Shown one piece after another: positions 1 through 7,483 of a stretch of DNA of 62,650 nt. Each line of letters starts with the position of its first letter. Position 1 is the first letter of the stretch. Location: IMG/VR virus record IMGVR_UViG_3300034418_004553. One strand, given 5' to 3'. A program made the position numbers and the translations under genes. This DNA is from a virus. The notes below the pieces were generated by a model, which saw only the letters and a list, made by a program, of their open reading frames with translations, ran no database searches and was not told the DNA's origin.

Positions 1-127
1 CTGGCTGTATCAGGTCTCTGCATATATCGTTAGCCATCATCTTGTCAACCATTACCTCAATACTGTCTACTTCGTGTTGTAGTAGACATAACTCACCACC
101 AGATATTTCTTTATACTTTTTAGTGTT
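1..127. repeat. Terminal direct repeat, exact copy of 62524..62650 (circular-closure overlap)
   Basis: Bases 1..127 (ctggctgtatcaggtctctg...ctttttagtgtt) read identically at 62524..62650. Confidence 0.95.
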
Positions 128-355
128 TCGAGTTGATGATTCGATAATCTTAAATGACTTTAACTTGTCAGGCTCTAATATAGCAGTGTGGAAGTAACCA
201 CCGACTAAGAAGTTAGGGTTGTTAGGTGTTTTGTCGTACAATGACATAGGATTCTTTAGTAACTTACTAATATGAGAGTTACTTAAGAACTGATTACCAA
301 ACTCACCGTAGTAGTCTTCATCATTACGTAGTCGATCGATTATTTCTTTACTCAT
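1..355 (-). CDS. PD-(D/E)XK (RecB/Cas4-like) exonuclease, N-terminal part. Same gene as 62144..62650 once the circle is closed (735 nt, 244 aa)
   Basis: Manual minus-strand translation from ATG 355..353: MSKEIIDRLRNDEDYYGEFGNQFLSNSHISKLLKNPMSLYDKTPNNPNFLVGGYFHTAILEPDKLKSFKIIESSTRNTKKYKEISGGELCLLQHEVDSIEVMVDKMMAND. It is open to base 1 and in frame with the 62144..62575 ORF. ATGA overlap with the erf stop. Confidence 0.7.
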   Translation of the reverse strand, partial: MSKEIIDRLRNDEDYYGEFGNQFLSNSHISKLLKNPMSLYDKTPNNPNFLVGGYFHTAILEPDKLKSFKIIESSTRNTKKYKEISGGELCLLQHEVDSIEVMVDKMMANDICRDLIQP

Positions 356-885
356 AGTTTACTTAGTTCTTCCTCTTGTTTTGAAGTAAGCTTGTACTTC
401 GTTTTAATTGCATTAACGTTTCCTCCATTAGTTATGTATTCTTTTGCTTTGTTAAACTGCTCGACAGTTATTCTAGGCTTTACGTCAGCTTTACCGTGCG
501 TGTTAGTTGCATCTGCGTCTTCAGTATCATCTATTAAGAATAGATTACCTAACGCGTACTTCTTACCGTAAGTACTTGCAGCACCAAACTGTTGAGACGT
601 CTGCATACCTTTTTGAGATAGGTCGACACCTACAACCGCAGTGGCTGTTACCTGGTTTTCACCGTCCGAGAAAATTGCTGTGGACTCGAGCATTGGCACA
701 GGCTCTGTGGCGATGATCTGTTCTTTAACTACTACAGAAACATCGAGCTCGAGGAGAAACGGTTTTACCGCTTCTAATATGTCTTCCGCTTTACGGAAAT
801 AATATTTGCCAAACGAATTATAGCTAGACTTTTTTGCCTTTAGCTTAGTTTGGACTTGAGCTAATTTGTTATTTAGTTCTTTCAT
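352..885 (-). CDS. erf: ERF-family single-strand annealing protein
   Basis: 177 aa. N-terminal coiled segment, then the GAASTYGKKYALGNLFLIDD block typical of the ERF/P22-Erf core. Adjacent to the exonuclease gene. Confidence 0.7.
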   Translation of the reverse strand: MKELNNKLAQVQTKLKAKKSSYNSFGKYYFRKAEDILEAVKPFLLELDVSVVVKEQIIATEPVPMLESTAIFSDGENQVTATAVVGVDLSQKGMQTSQQFGAASTYGKKYALGNLFLIDDTEDADATNTHGKADVKPRITVEQFNKAKEYITNGGNVNAIKTKYKLTSKQEEELSKL

Positions 886-945
886 TTTGGTATATGGTTT
901 ACATATATATAATTACAGGTTTTAACGTGGATTTACACGAGTAAA

Positions 946-1701
946 CTATAGAAAGTCAACCACTTGCGAGTAATCTACGTTTTCAACCAACTTGTCTATT
1001 GCCTGCTTTTTTAGCTGCGATATACGCACATAAGCACTGTCACCTTTTATGTTTAACTTCTCTGCTATTTGTTTAGCTGAAAGCTTATCACAGTTAAGGC
1101 CAAAGCTGTATTTAATAACATCTGCTTCACGGCTAGATAAATGCTGACTTAGCAAGTTAAGTAAGTACGAACACAAGAGCTCAGGGTTGTATCTTTTGAT
1201 CTTGTCTGGTACTTCAAAACCTATGTTAGCATCATCTAGCATTTTATCTAAGCTTACAAACACAGAGTTGAAAAACATTTCAAGTTGACTCTTATCTGCA
1301 TCGTTCTTACGTATCTCATTAAGCTTGTGCTCGGGTATACGCATCGTGCCTCGATTGATATCTACGGCTCTACGTATACCACCTTTGATACGTTTAGATA
1401 AAAATGACTTGAGCCTTTGCTCTGGATCACTAGCTTCGTATATAGTCTCCCAGTTAATTTTACCAACAGCGATAACTAAGTTCTTGTTACCTTCTTGTAT
1501 CAAGTCATTAATAGTCATTACGCCACTAGCCTGCTGCGTGGTAGAAAACTTACGCGCTAAGTTCTCTGCTAACGGCATGAACAGTAAGATCAGCTCATCG
1601 CGAGTCATTTCGTCCCAAGGCCTACAGAAGTCTGTTCGCCTTGTAAGCTGCTTTATATCTTCTTTGTATCGGATATAGTTTTGTATGTTATAACACTTCA
1701 T
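946..1701 (-). CDS. Sigma-70 family RNA polymerase sigma factor (regions 2-4)
   Basis: DLIQEGNKNLVIAVGKI...RIPEHKLNEI parallels sigma70 DLIQEGNIGLMKAVDKF...RIPVHM (regions 2.2-2.4/3.0). C-terminal LSSREADVIKYSFGL...SAKQIAEKLNI...YVRISQLKKQAIDKL matches region 4 HTH. Confidence 0.85.
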   Translation of the reverse strand: MKCYNIQNYIRYKEDIKQLTRRTDFCRPWDEMTRDELILLFMPLAENLARKFSTTQQASGVMTINDLIQEGNKNLVIAVGKINWETIYEASDPEQRLKSFLSKRIKGGIRRAVDINRGTMRIPEHKLNEIRKNDADKSQLEMFFNSVFVSLDKMLDDANIGFEVPDKIKRYNPELLCSYLLNLLSQHLSSREADVIKYSFGLNCDKLSAKQIAEKLNIKGDSAYVRISQLKKQAIDKLVENVDYSQVVDFL

Positions 1702-1773
1702 TGTCTTCTTTATTGTTTAGATGTGTTAACACGCAAGCTGTTGCACTTAGTGTTATAAAAATTATTAGTAAAT

Positions 1774-2397
1774 TCATAGTTGTTTATTTAAAAGTTCTTT
1801 TTCGCGCTTTAAGTCTTCACACATATGACGATGCACAGTACGAGATGATACACCCAGAACCTCAGAGACGCGTTTTATCGTGATCTTTTGGCCTAAGTCA
1901 TGTATATCTATCATAGCTTGATAAACGTCGTCAGGATGCGTCTTATTTGATCTGCCAATCAACTGACCTACGATACTGAGCTTTTCAGCTTTACTTAGCC
2001 CGCATCCACGTTTAAAAATAACTTTACGCAGTTTATTTTTAGGTGGTCTATCAAGATCAGACATGTATACATCATATACTATTTTGTCTATCATGTTATC
2101 ATTTATAGAGAAGCTAATAAAACCATTTGACTTGTTGCATATTGCATAAGACATTTGTTTAAACTCGTCAGGACCTTTTTCTGGGTTTAAGTACCACAGA
2201 ACAAGCAAGTGCCAATAAAGGCTCTTGTACGTGTTTATTTTAGCTTCGCTTCTAAACAGATCATAATACTCATGCGTACCGTCTTCAAAGAACATCCACT
2301 TATCTGTTTGTACAGTTGGAATGTCGTTAATAGGTAGTCTGGAGGTGATTACGTTATTGCGCCACAACATGTTATAATTACGATCAAACTGTGACAT
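1774..2397 (-). CDS. Hypothetical protein with C-terminal helix-turn-helix
   Basis: 207 aa. C-terminal ITIKRVSEVLGVSSRTVHRHM resembles an HTH. No other motif recognised. Confidence 0.55.
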   Translation of the reverse strand: MSQFDRNYNMLWRNNVITSRLPINDIPTVQTDKWMFFEDGTHEYYDLFRSEAKINTYKSLYWHLLVLWYLNPEKGPDEFKQMSYAICNKSNGFISFSINDNMIDKIVYDVYMSDLDRPPKNKLRKVIFKRGCGLSKAEKLSIVGQLIGRSNKTHPDDVYQAMIDIHDLGQKITIKRVSEVLGVSSRTVHRHMCEDLKREKELLNKQL

Positions 2398-2459
2398 AAG
2401 CCTGTTACTTAGTACTATTAGGGGCTATTGTCACACTGACCGGTTTAAGGGTCGCAAGA

Positions 2460-2478
2460 ATAATTCTTTTAGAATTAT
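2460..2478. promoter_or_regulatory. Perfect 8-bp inverted repeat ATAATTCT-TTT-AGAATTAT (hairpin or operator)
   Basis: Read directly in the 107-nt gap between two minus-strand genes. Confidence 0.3.
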
Positions 2479-2504
2479 CATAATTGGGTATTTTATTAAA
2501 TTCC

Positions 2505-3002
2505 TCAATACGTTTCTTTAGGTCTTTCTTCATATGTTTTTTCGGTTTTTAGGTTTGCGATTATTCTTTTTGCGCCTATGTAATAGTTCCAGTAAGCTTG
2601 CAGGCTACAATCGTCTTTATACTCATCTGGCATACACTGTGGAGGTTGTTCAAATGGCTCATGCGGTATATCAATAGGTGCTGCCCGTAAATGACCGCAC
2701 TTAGTTATAGACAAATGCGTTCTACCATATCTACGTTTGTATTCAGCACCTAATGCCATCATGTGCTCATACAGCCAATCATAATGTAAAGAGTTTTCTC
2801 TTACCCATATTGTTGAAGGGTGGTTGATATGCGCTTTTTTGTAAGGTACATTAACAAAGTCACCATCAACATCTCTATCACCTAGTATATGGTGGGCCGT
2901 GCAAAGCATCTGAGCAGACTCTAAGATCATCTTTACGACGTGCTTATTGTACTGATAATCAGCGGCTTTACGCGGATCTTTATGTAGATAAAATATATTC
3001 AT
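2505..3002 (-). CDS. Conserved-looking hypothetical protein (N-terminus MNIFYLHKDPRKAADYQYNKHVVKMILESAQML)
   Basis: 165-aa ORF abutting the next ORF start. The N-terminal motif looks like a recurrent phage family whose function I cannot name. Confidence 0.6.
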   Translation of the reverse strand: MNIFYLHKDPRKAADYQYNKHVVKMILESAQMLCTAHHILGDRDVDGDFVNVPYKKAHINHPSTIWVRENSLHYDWLYEHMMALGAEYKRRYGRTHLSITKCGHLRAAPIDIPHEPFEQPPQCMPDEYKDDCSLQAYWNYYIGAKRIIANLKTEKTYEERPKETY

Positions 3003-3184
3003 TAGTCTTCTATAGATGTTATACCATTACCTTTAGGACTGTTCATCAACTGCGAGTGCCTATATCTTTCATTACGAAGTTGCATCTCAAGCACTTTAAT
3101 TGTTTCGCTTTGTGTTTCAACTAATCGCTCGTATGCCTCTAATTTATTTTGTAACTCATCCATTGCTCTCTTCAAATTCTTCAA
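3002..3184 (-). CDS. Small coiled-coil protein
   Basis: 60 aa, heptad-like LQNKLEAYERLVETQSETIKVLEMQL. Packed tightly against its neighbours. Confidence 0.5.
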   Translation of the reverse strand: MKNLKRAMDELQNKLEAYERLVETQSETIKVLEMQLRNERYRHSQLMNSPKGNGITSIED

Positions 3185-3365
3185 TTACGTTTTCAATTTG
3201 TTGTGCACGGCTTGCTATTGACTCTGCAACGTCTGCAAAGCCACGTAATGCGCTGATCTCGTACTCTGATAATTCTTCTGCGTCTAAACCATCTTCAAGC
3301 GCGTATAGACAGTCGCGCATGTCCGCTAATGTATTTTCAAAGCGGCAGTAACTCATATTTCCCAT
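3156..3365 (-). CDS. Small acidic protein (YCRFENT motif)
   Basis: 69 aa, strongly acidic C-terminal half (IENVIEEFEESNG). Confidence 0.55.
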   Translation of the reverse strand: MGNMSYCRFENTLADMRDCLYALEDGLDAEELSEYEISALRGFADVAESIASRAQQIENVIEEFEESNG

Positions 3366-3366
3366 T

Positions 3367-3477
3367 TTAATATCTTTTTCTTTTGTTTCTAATTTGTTCT
3401 AATTTATCTAATAGCTTTATAGCTATGTCTACACTGATCTCGTCAGCGTAATATAGGTCGTATATTAATCTTCTCAT
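3367..3477 (-). CDS. Small hypothetical protein (36 aa, below the ORF-track cutoff)
   Basis: Manual translation MRRLIYDLYYADEISVDIAIKLLDKLEQIRNKRKRY. ATGA overlap with the ligase stop. Fills the gap exactly. Confidence 0.4.
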   Translation of the reverse strand: MRRLIYDLYYADEISVDIAIKLLDKLEQIRNKRKRY

Positions 3478-4319
3478 TCGTAGTCGCGTATACATTTAAA
3501 TAGTGGGTGACGGTAGCTACCAGCTTTGGTACGCTCGAAGTATGTGAACGTAGCTGTCTTGCCAACCCAGCCTTGCATAGCTTTAAAGTTGTCTTGTAAG
3601 TACTTGAACTTATCCATGACAGGCATACCAAACTCTACGCCATCAGCATCACGAGCTAGGAACTTACCGATCGTACCTACACGTTTGCCTTTACCTTCAA
3701 CCCAGCCAATAATTTCTGCCTCAGTGTCGTGGAAGTCTTTGAACTTACGTAGGCTGTGTGAACGCTTTTCGTGATACTCAGTATTAAGACGCAGTATTGA
3801 GCCTTCGTAACCTTGAGCAAGATTTCCATGGTGTATAATTTTAGCTTGATCTTCGTTAAACACATCTAACGTTGGTACACGTTTGATGCAGCGGTTTTGC
3901 ATAAGGTTGTATTGCAGCCACTCGCTACGCTTAGCAAACGGTAAGTGCATGCCTTTACCGATTAGATCGTAGCAGTGGAACTGCACAAGTCTAGCTGATT
4001 CAAGCCTGTACTCATCTGTTGGTTTAGTCTTACGCACGCAAGAGATGATCTTTTCGAAGTCATCTTTCAAGTCGTGGTTGTATAGCTCGCCATCGAGTAC
4101 AACTTGCGGGTTAAACTTGAAGAAAGGTTCAAGGTTAAACAAGATGTGATCGATGTTAAGCCATTGCTTACCTGTACGTGACCACGCGGTTACATTGCCG
4201 TTGTCACACTGTATGACACAGCGGACGCCGTCAAGCTTAGGCTGTAAGAATACGCCTTCGCTGTAGTCAATTGGTTTATCGCTGACAGGATATGCCAGCA
4301 TTGGTTTATGTCTTATCAT
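3474..4319 (-). CDS. lig: ATP-dependent DNA ligase
   Basis: Adenylation motif I KLDGVRC, motif IV-like EGSILR, motif V-like LRKFK. 281 aa, the size of minimal phage ligases. Confidence 0.85.
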   Translation of the reverse strand: MIRHKPMLAYPVSDKPIDYSEGVFLQPKLDGVRCVIQCDNGNVTAWSRTGKQWLNIDHILFNLEPFFKFNPQVVLDGELYNHDLKDDFEKIISCVRKTKPTDEYRLESARLVQFHCYDLIGKGMHLPFAKRSEWLQYNLMQNRCIKRVPTLDVFNEDQAKIIHHGNLAQGYEGSILRLNTEYHEKRSHSLRKFKDFHDTEAEIIGWVEGKGKRVGTIGKFLARDADGVEFGMPVMDKFKYLQDNFKAMQGWVGKTATFTYFERTKAGSYRHPLFKCIRDYE

Positions 4320-4357
4320 ATTATTATTATCTGTTAGTATTCGTATTTAGTTCGTAC
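4320..4357 (-). promoter_or_regulatory. Early-region repeat motif, copy a
   Basis: Minus strand GTACGAACTAAATACGAATACTAACAGATAATAATAAT immediately before the ligase ATG. The embedded TAA is the stop of ORF 4347..4766. Confidence 0.6.
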
Positions 4358-4766
4358 ATGTGTCTCGCTCTGTTTCGCTACAGTCGCAGTTGTCGCATAA
4401 AAACTCTTCAGTCTCGACCTGTTCAGGTGCGTACTTCTTCAGTAACATGTCTGGTGTACCTACAAATACACATCGCTCTTCTTCCCACGACGCTACTTTG
4501 AATACACTGATCCATGGCTCGGATTTGCCATGACACTGCCACACATAGTACATATACTCTATGTCGCAGTGTACTATATCAAGAGCTTCGACTTCCCAGC
4601 CTTCGACTTTACGATACTTAGTAAATGATTCGGCGATCTCTACGCCTAATCCTTCAGGATAACCATCCCAGTGATTATAGAACTGTGCGTGCCATCGATC
4701 TGGGTGTTTGTCAAAAGGTACACCCTCTTCGCGCGTTGCGAACCTTATTGTTGCTCTTGTTGCCAT
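4347..4766 (-). CDS. Hypothetical protein
   Basis: 139-aa ORF ending ...DTCTN-stop inside motif copy a. Confidence 0.6.
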   Translation of the reverse strand: MATRATIRFATREEGVPFDKHPDRWHAQFYNHWDGYPEGLGVEIAESFTKYRKVEGWEVEALDIVHCDIEYMYYVWQCHGKSEPWISVFKVASWEEERCVFVGTPDMLLKKYAPEQVETEEFLCDNCDCSETERDTCTN

Positions 4767-4845
4767 TATTCTTTAAATTTTCTATTTGATTCTATTATTT
4801 GTTCTAGTATTATGTAACCTAGTAAGCCCGCGTATAAGTATTCCA

Positions 4846-5127
4846 TTAGTCTAGTAGTATCATGTATGCGTTAGGATTCTTGATTAGAAACCAGTCCTTG
4901 CCTCTAGTAATGACATCAATGCAGTCATCTAGATCGAACACTGGTATGTTCATAACCATTGCTATTTCAGCACCTTTAATTAAATCATACATACTCAGCT
5001 CAGCAGCATCTAATAATGCTGTTTCACCAGTTAATGGGTTGCGCACTTCGTCACCTAGTTCGTATACGTCACCGTCGAACCAACTCGGTAACATTTCTTC
5101 TGCTTGTTGTTTGTTATTCATCTTCAA
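4846..5127 (-). CDS. Hypothetical protein
   Basis: 93-aa ORF, overlaps the next ORF by 14 nt. Confidence 0.55.
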   Translation of the reverse strand: MKMNNKQQAEEMLPSWFDGDVYELGDEVRNPLTGETALLDAAELSMYDLIKGAEIAMVMNIPVFDLDDCIDVITRGKDWFLIKNPNAYMILLD

Positions 5128-5350
5128 TAATATTTTCTCCTGTCATTAATGTGCTACCGTTGATACTACCAAAATCGACTCCGCCGTAGATTATAAGGTT
5201 ATTGATTTCGCTTATTTTAAGCTCGCTCCAGAATGATGTAGAATCGAGAACTTTAATAGTGCTAGTAACCGTAAATGTGTAATCATCTTGGTTTGCAAGC
5301 AAAGTATCACGTATGTCTTTGTTTAGTCTTTGGTATAATGTTCGTCTCAT
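5114..5350 (-). CDS. Hypothetical protein
   Basis: 78-aa ORF directly preceded by motif copy b. Confidence 0.55.
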   Translation of the reverse strand: MRRTLYQRLNKDIRDTLLANQDDYTFTVTSTIKVLDSTSFWSELKISEINNLIIYGGVDFGSINGSTLMTGENIIEDE

Positions 5351-5388
5351 ATTGATATTATCCGTTAGTATTCGTATTTAGTTTGTAA
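5351..5388 (-). promoter_or_regulatory. Early-region repeat motif, copy b
   Basis: Minus strand TTACAAACTAAATACGAATACTAACGGATAATATCAAT then ATG. Overlaps the 3' acceptor strand of minihelix 1. Confidence 0.6.
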
Positions 5389-5426
5389 GAGCGCAGGAAT
5401 CGAACCTGCACTAACCGTTACTCTTA
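5385..5426 (-). ncRNA. tRNA-like minihelix 1 (7-bp acceptor stem + 10-nt GG linker + T-arm; no D or anticodon arm)
   Basis: Minus strand TAAGAGT-AACGGTTAGT-GCAGG-TTCGATT-CCTGC-GCTCTTA-C. Canonical GGTTCGATTCC T-loop. The 5' acceptor strand lies only 10 nt upstream of the T-stem. Confidence 0.6.
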
Positions 5427-5698
5427 TATAAAGCGAAGACCGAGACATGTCATGTAACCTCGTCAGGTTACCTCGATCAACGCGTAGCGTGTATAGCAAC
5501 ACACCCGTTACATACATAAGCTGTTCACTTTGGGCTCGCTTCTGAACGAAGTTATATCGCCTCCCCAGCTCTATGTATGCCTTGCACCGTCGTGCTTATA
5601 TGTGCAATATGATGACTAATCTGCGAGCAATGTCTTAAGCTTCTCGCGGCGGACCATTACGGTGCTTCCACCAGTCTTGCACATTTAACTAGCTATTG
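5427..5698 (-). ncRNA. ORF-free, hairpin-dense segment upstream of minihelix 1 (candidate structured RNA)
   Basis: No ORF of 60 aa or more on either strand, and visibly more GC-rich than the flanks. Perfect hairpin GTAACCT-GACG-AGGTTAC (5454..5472), ~9-bp pairing of 5511..5520 with 5571..5580, and alternative TGTGCAA/TTGCACA/GTGCAA pairings. Confidence 0.4.
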
Positions 5699-6097
5699 TC
5701 AGACAAATTTGCCATCAATCTTACCTGAGTCGTCTTCGTTGACAAAATCTTCTTCAACTATGTTGAACATATCTTGTAACACGTTATAGATATCCGACTC
5801 AGATATTCCTATATTACTAAAATCAATATTCTCTATTACTACCGTATTACCGTAGTCCATACCAAATTCTACATCTAGATCGTGAGTGTCGACGTTGTGT
5901 ACTATTTCAGTGAATATATCTTGTAGTGCGTCTACTAAATCATCTGCCACTTTCGACTGGATTTTAGGTCTACCTGCATTAGCTAGTTCGTTTACTGCTG
6001 TGTTTAGCTCGCTTTGAGCTTGTCTTAATTCAGAGTCTTTAGTATCTCTGTTGGCTTGTAGTGCTTCCACTTTTGCCTGTAATTGTTCTTTATTCAT
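5699..6097 (-). CDS. Acidic coiled-coil protein
   Basis: 132 aa. Coiled N-terminal half, C-terminal half very D/E-rich (DTHDLDVEFGMDYG...EEDFVNEDDSG). Confidence 0.6.
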   Translation of the reverse strand: MNKEQLQAKVEALQANRDTKDSELRQAQSELNTAVNELANAGRPKIQSKVADDLVDALQDIFTEIVHNVDTHDLDVEFGMDYGNTVVIENIDFSNIGISESDIYNVLQDMFNIVEEDFVNEDDSGKIDGKFV

Positions 6098-6104
6098 GAT
6101 TATA

Positions 6105-6314
6105 TTATTTTAGCATTGTACCATAACCACGACGCCTAGTGAGCTTAGCGATACGATCGGCATCACTGCGTGACATGATTTGTATTGAGTTGCCTGTCTT
6201 GTGGTTGATAAGTGGTGCACAGCCATAACGCTCAACAGTAGAACAGTTGACACACACTTTGAAACCAAGGCGCAGACGGCCTTCAGGGATTATACTATTG
6301 CATTTGCATTTCAT
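6105..6314 (-). CDS. DksA/TraR-like C4 zinc-finger protein
   Basis: 69 aa. CKC-x(17)-CVNC arrangement with IPEGRLRLGFKVCVNC, similar to phage TraR-type zinc fingers. Confidence 0.5.
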   Translation of the reverse strand: MKCKCNSIIPEGRLRLGFKVCVNCSTVERYGCAPLINHKTGNSIQIMSRSDADRIAKLTRRRGYGTMLK

Positions 6315-6352
6315 ATATATATTATCGAAAAGTAATCGTATTTAGTTTGTAA
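6315..6352 (-). promoter_or_regulatory. Early-region repeat motif, copy c
   Basis: Minus strand TTACAAACTAAATACGATTACTTTTCGATAATATATAT then ATG. The embedded TAA is the stop of ORF 6342..6683 (…VHFTN-stop). Confidence 0.6.
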
Positions 6353-6683
6353 AATGTACATCGCGAGTACAGTCTTGAATATGCTCTACAACTTCATCTG
6401 CTTGATTAAAGTCAAGAGTGATATTACCACCTTCTTCAGTCACCGCATAAGTATTAAAGTACTCATTATCTGGGTCGAAGTAATCACAGTTAGGTATGTA
6501 GATTTGAAACTCAAACCGCTGAACTTCGTCGTCGTACCAAGTCGGTCTTTTGATTACACGTGTACAAGTTACTGATATAGAGGCAGTTGCATCATTGCCA
6601 TAGCTTGTATTTTCATATGAGTAACCTGCTTCGGTTAGCTTCATTGCTAGCGCATCATACGCTCTTTGTTCATAACTTGTCAT
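6342..6683 (-). CDS. Hypothetical protein (start trimmed to ATG 6683)
   Basis: The track ORF 6342..6761 has a hydrophobic N-terminal extension overlapping the upstream gene. Internal start MTSYEQRAY leaves only a 14-nt overlap. Confidence 0.55.
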   Translation of the reverse strand: MTSYEQRAYDALAMKLTEAGYSYENTSYGNDATASISVTCTRVIKRPTWYDDEVQRFEFQIYIPNCDYFDPDNEYFNTYAVTEEGGNITLDFNQADEVVEHIQDCTRDVHFTN

Positions 6684-6921
6684 AGTAGTTTTCTTGAAAT
6701 AAGTTAATAATATGCCTACCAGATCGAGTATGGAAACCATAGCTATGAGTAAACATGCCACTGATTGGCTTGTTTTCGAGTACTAATTGTAGTACTTCCC
6801 ATGGTGTACACTCGATCTCATAAGCGGTTGCTTTTGCTGCGTCTGTTAATGTTGCACAGCAGTGTCTTGGTTGAGAGTCTAACTCTTCAACGATATAGTT
6901 TTCCACTTCTTGTTCTGTCAT
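6670..6921 (-). CDS. Hypothetical protein
   Basis: 83-aa ORF in the tightly packed series. Confidence 0.55.
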   Translation of the reverse strand: MTEQEVENYIVEELDSQPRHCCATLTDAAKATAYEIECTPWEVLQLVLENKPISGMFTHSYGFHTRSGRHIINLFQENYYDKL

Positions 6922-6925
6922 AGTA

Positions 6926-7126
6926 TTAAATTAAAATTAAGTCATCAATATAGTCAGGTTCTAGGCCGAACTCACAGGATACGTAGTCTTCTACATCCCA
7001 TACTGTTAGCTCGCCTGACGCTAGACCTTGCATTACATAGTCTCTTGCTTCAGATACTATGTGCTCTGCTGTTTCAGGTGATATACTATCGCGCTTGATT
7101 AGCACGTCTTTGATTCTATATTTCAT
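6926..7126 (-). CDS. Small acidic protein
   Basis: 66 aa, D/E-rich. Confidence 0.55.
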   Translation of the reverse strand: MKYRIKDVLIKRDSISPETAEHIVSEARDYVMQGLASGELTVWDVEDYVSCEFGLEPDYIDDLILI

Positions 7127-7256
7127 TTGCTACATAATTTTCTGCTTCTTCAAGCGTTGTACATTGAGGTACACTGTCATAAGTGCCGTCAGTATACCAT
7201 ATTTTGTTAAGTTCTGGAGCGTAACCGTGTCGCTCTAATCCTACTATTTTTTTCAT
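7116..7256 (-). CDS. Small hypothetical protein (46 aa, below the track cutoff)
   Basis: Manual translation MKKIVGLERHGYAPELNKIWYTDGTYDSVPQCTTLEEAENYVANEI. ATGA overlap with the upstream stop. Confidence 0.4.
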   Translation of the reverse strand: MKKIVGLERHGYAPELNKIWYTDGTYDSVPQCTTLEEAENYVANEI

Positions 7257-7471
7257 TCTTCTAATTCTATTTGTAGTGTTTCACATAACCACTCGTCTTC
7301 GAACCATAGAATATCATTAAGTTGAGTTTCTGTTAATCCATCAGGATACAAATCTTCTATTAGATATTCAAAGTGCTCAGACTTGTTGTTTTCTATAATC
7401 AGTCGCTTTGTTTCTTTTGCACCTGCCCAAGCCTCAAAGCGATTTAGTTTTAAGTGTTGTATTACTTTCAT
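7253..7471 (-). CDS. Small acidic protein
   Basis: 72 aa ending ...WFEDEWLCETLQIELEE. Confidence 0.55.
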   Translation of the reverse strand: MKVIQHLKLNRFEAWAGAKETKRLIIENNKSEHFEYLIEDLYPDGLTETQLNDILWFEDEWLCETLQIELEE

Positions 7472-7483
7472 TTTACTGCTTGA

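Noticed and set aside
5385-5426. attP core made from the 3' end of a host tRNA gene (integration site)
   Set aside because: No integrase or recombinase gene is recognisable in the genome. The element includes its own 5' acceptor strand. A second copy (8452..8495) has different but compensated stems, which a copied host fragment would not show.
5385-5698. tmRNA, or a tRNA interrupted by a group I intron, spanning the whole 310-nt non-coding region
   Set aside because: The strand complementary to the 3' acceptor (TAAGAGT) lies only 10 nt upstream of the T-stem, not at the 5' end of the region. No matching 5' acceptor plus D-arm exists near 5698. The acceptor has U1-A72 and no G3-U70, and no tmRNA-like tag frame or conserved tmRNA blocks are seen. 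A covariance-model scan is still needed.
6342-6761. Full 139-aa version of this ORF
   Set aside because: The first 26 residues (MACLLIAMVSILDLVGILLTYFKKTT) overlap the 3' end of gene 6670..6921 by 92 nt. The internal ATG at 6683 gives the 14-nt overlap typical of this genome.
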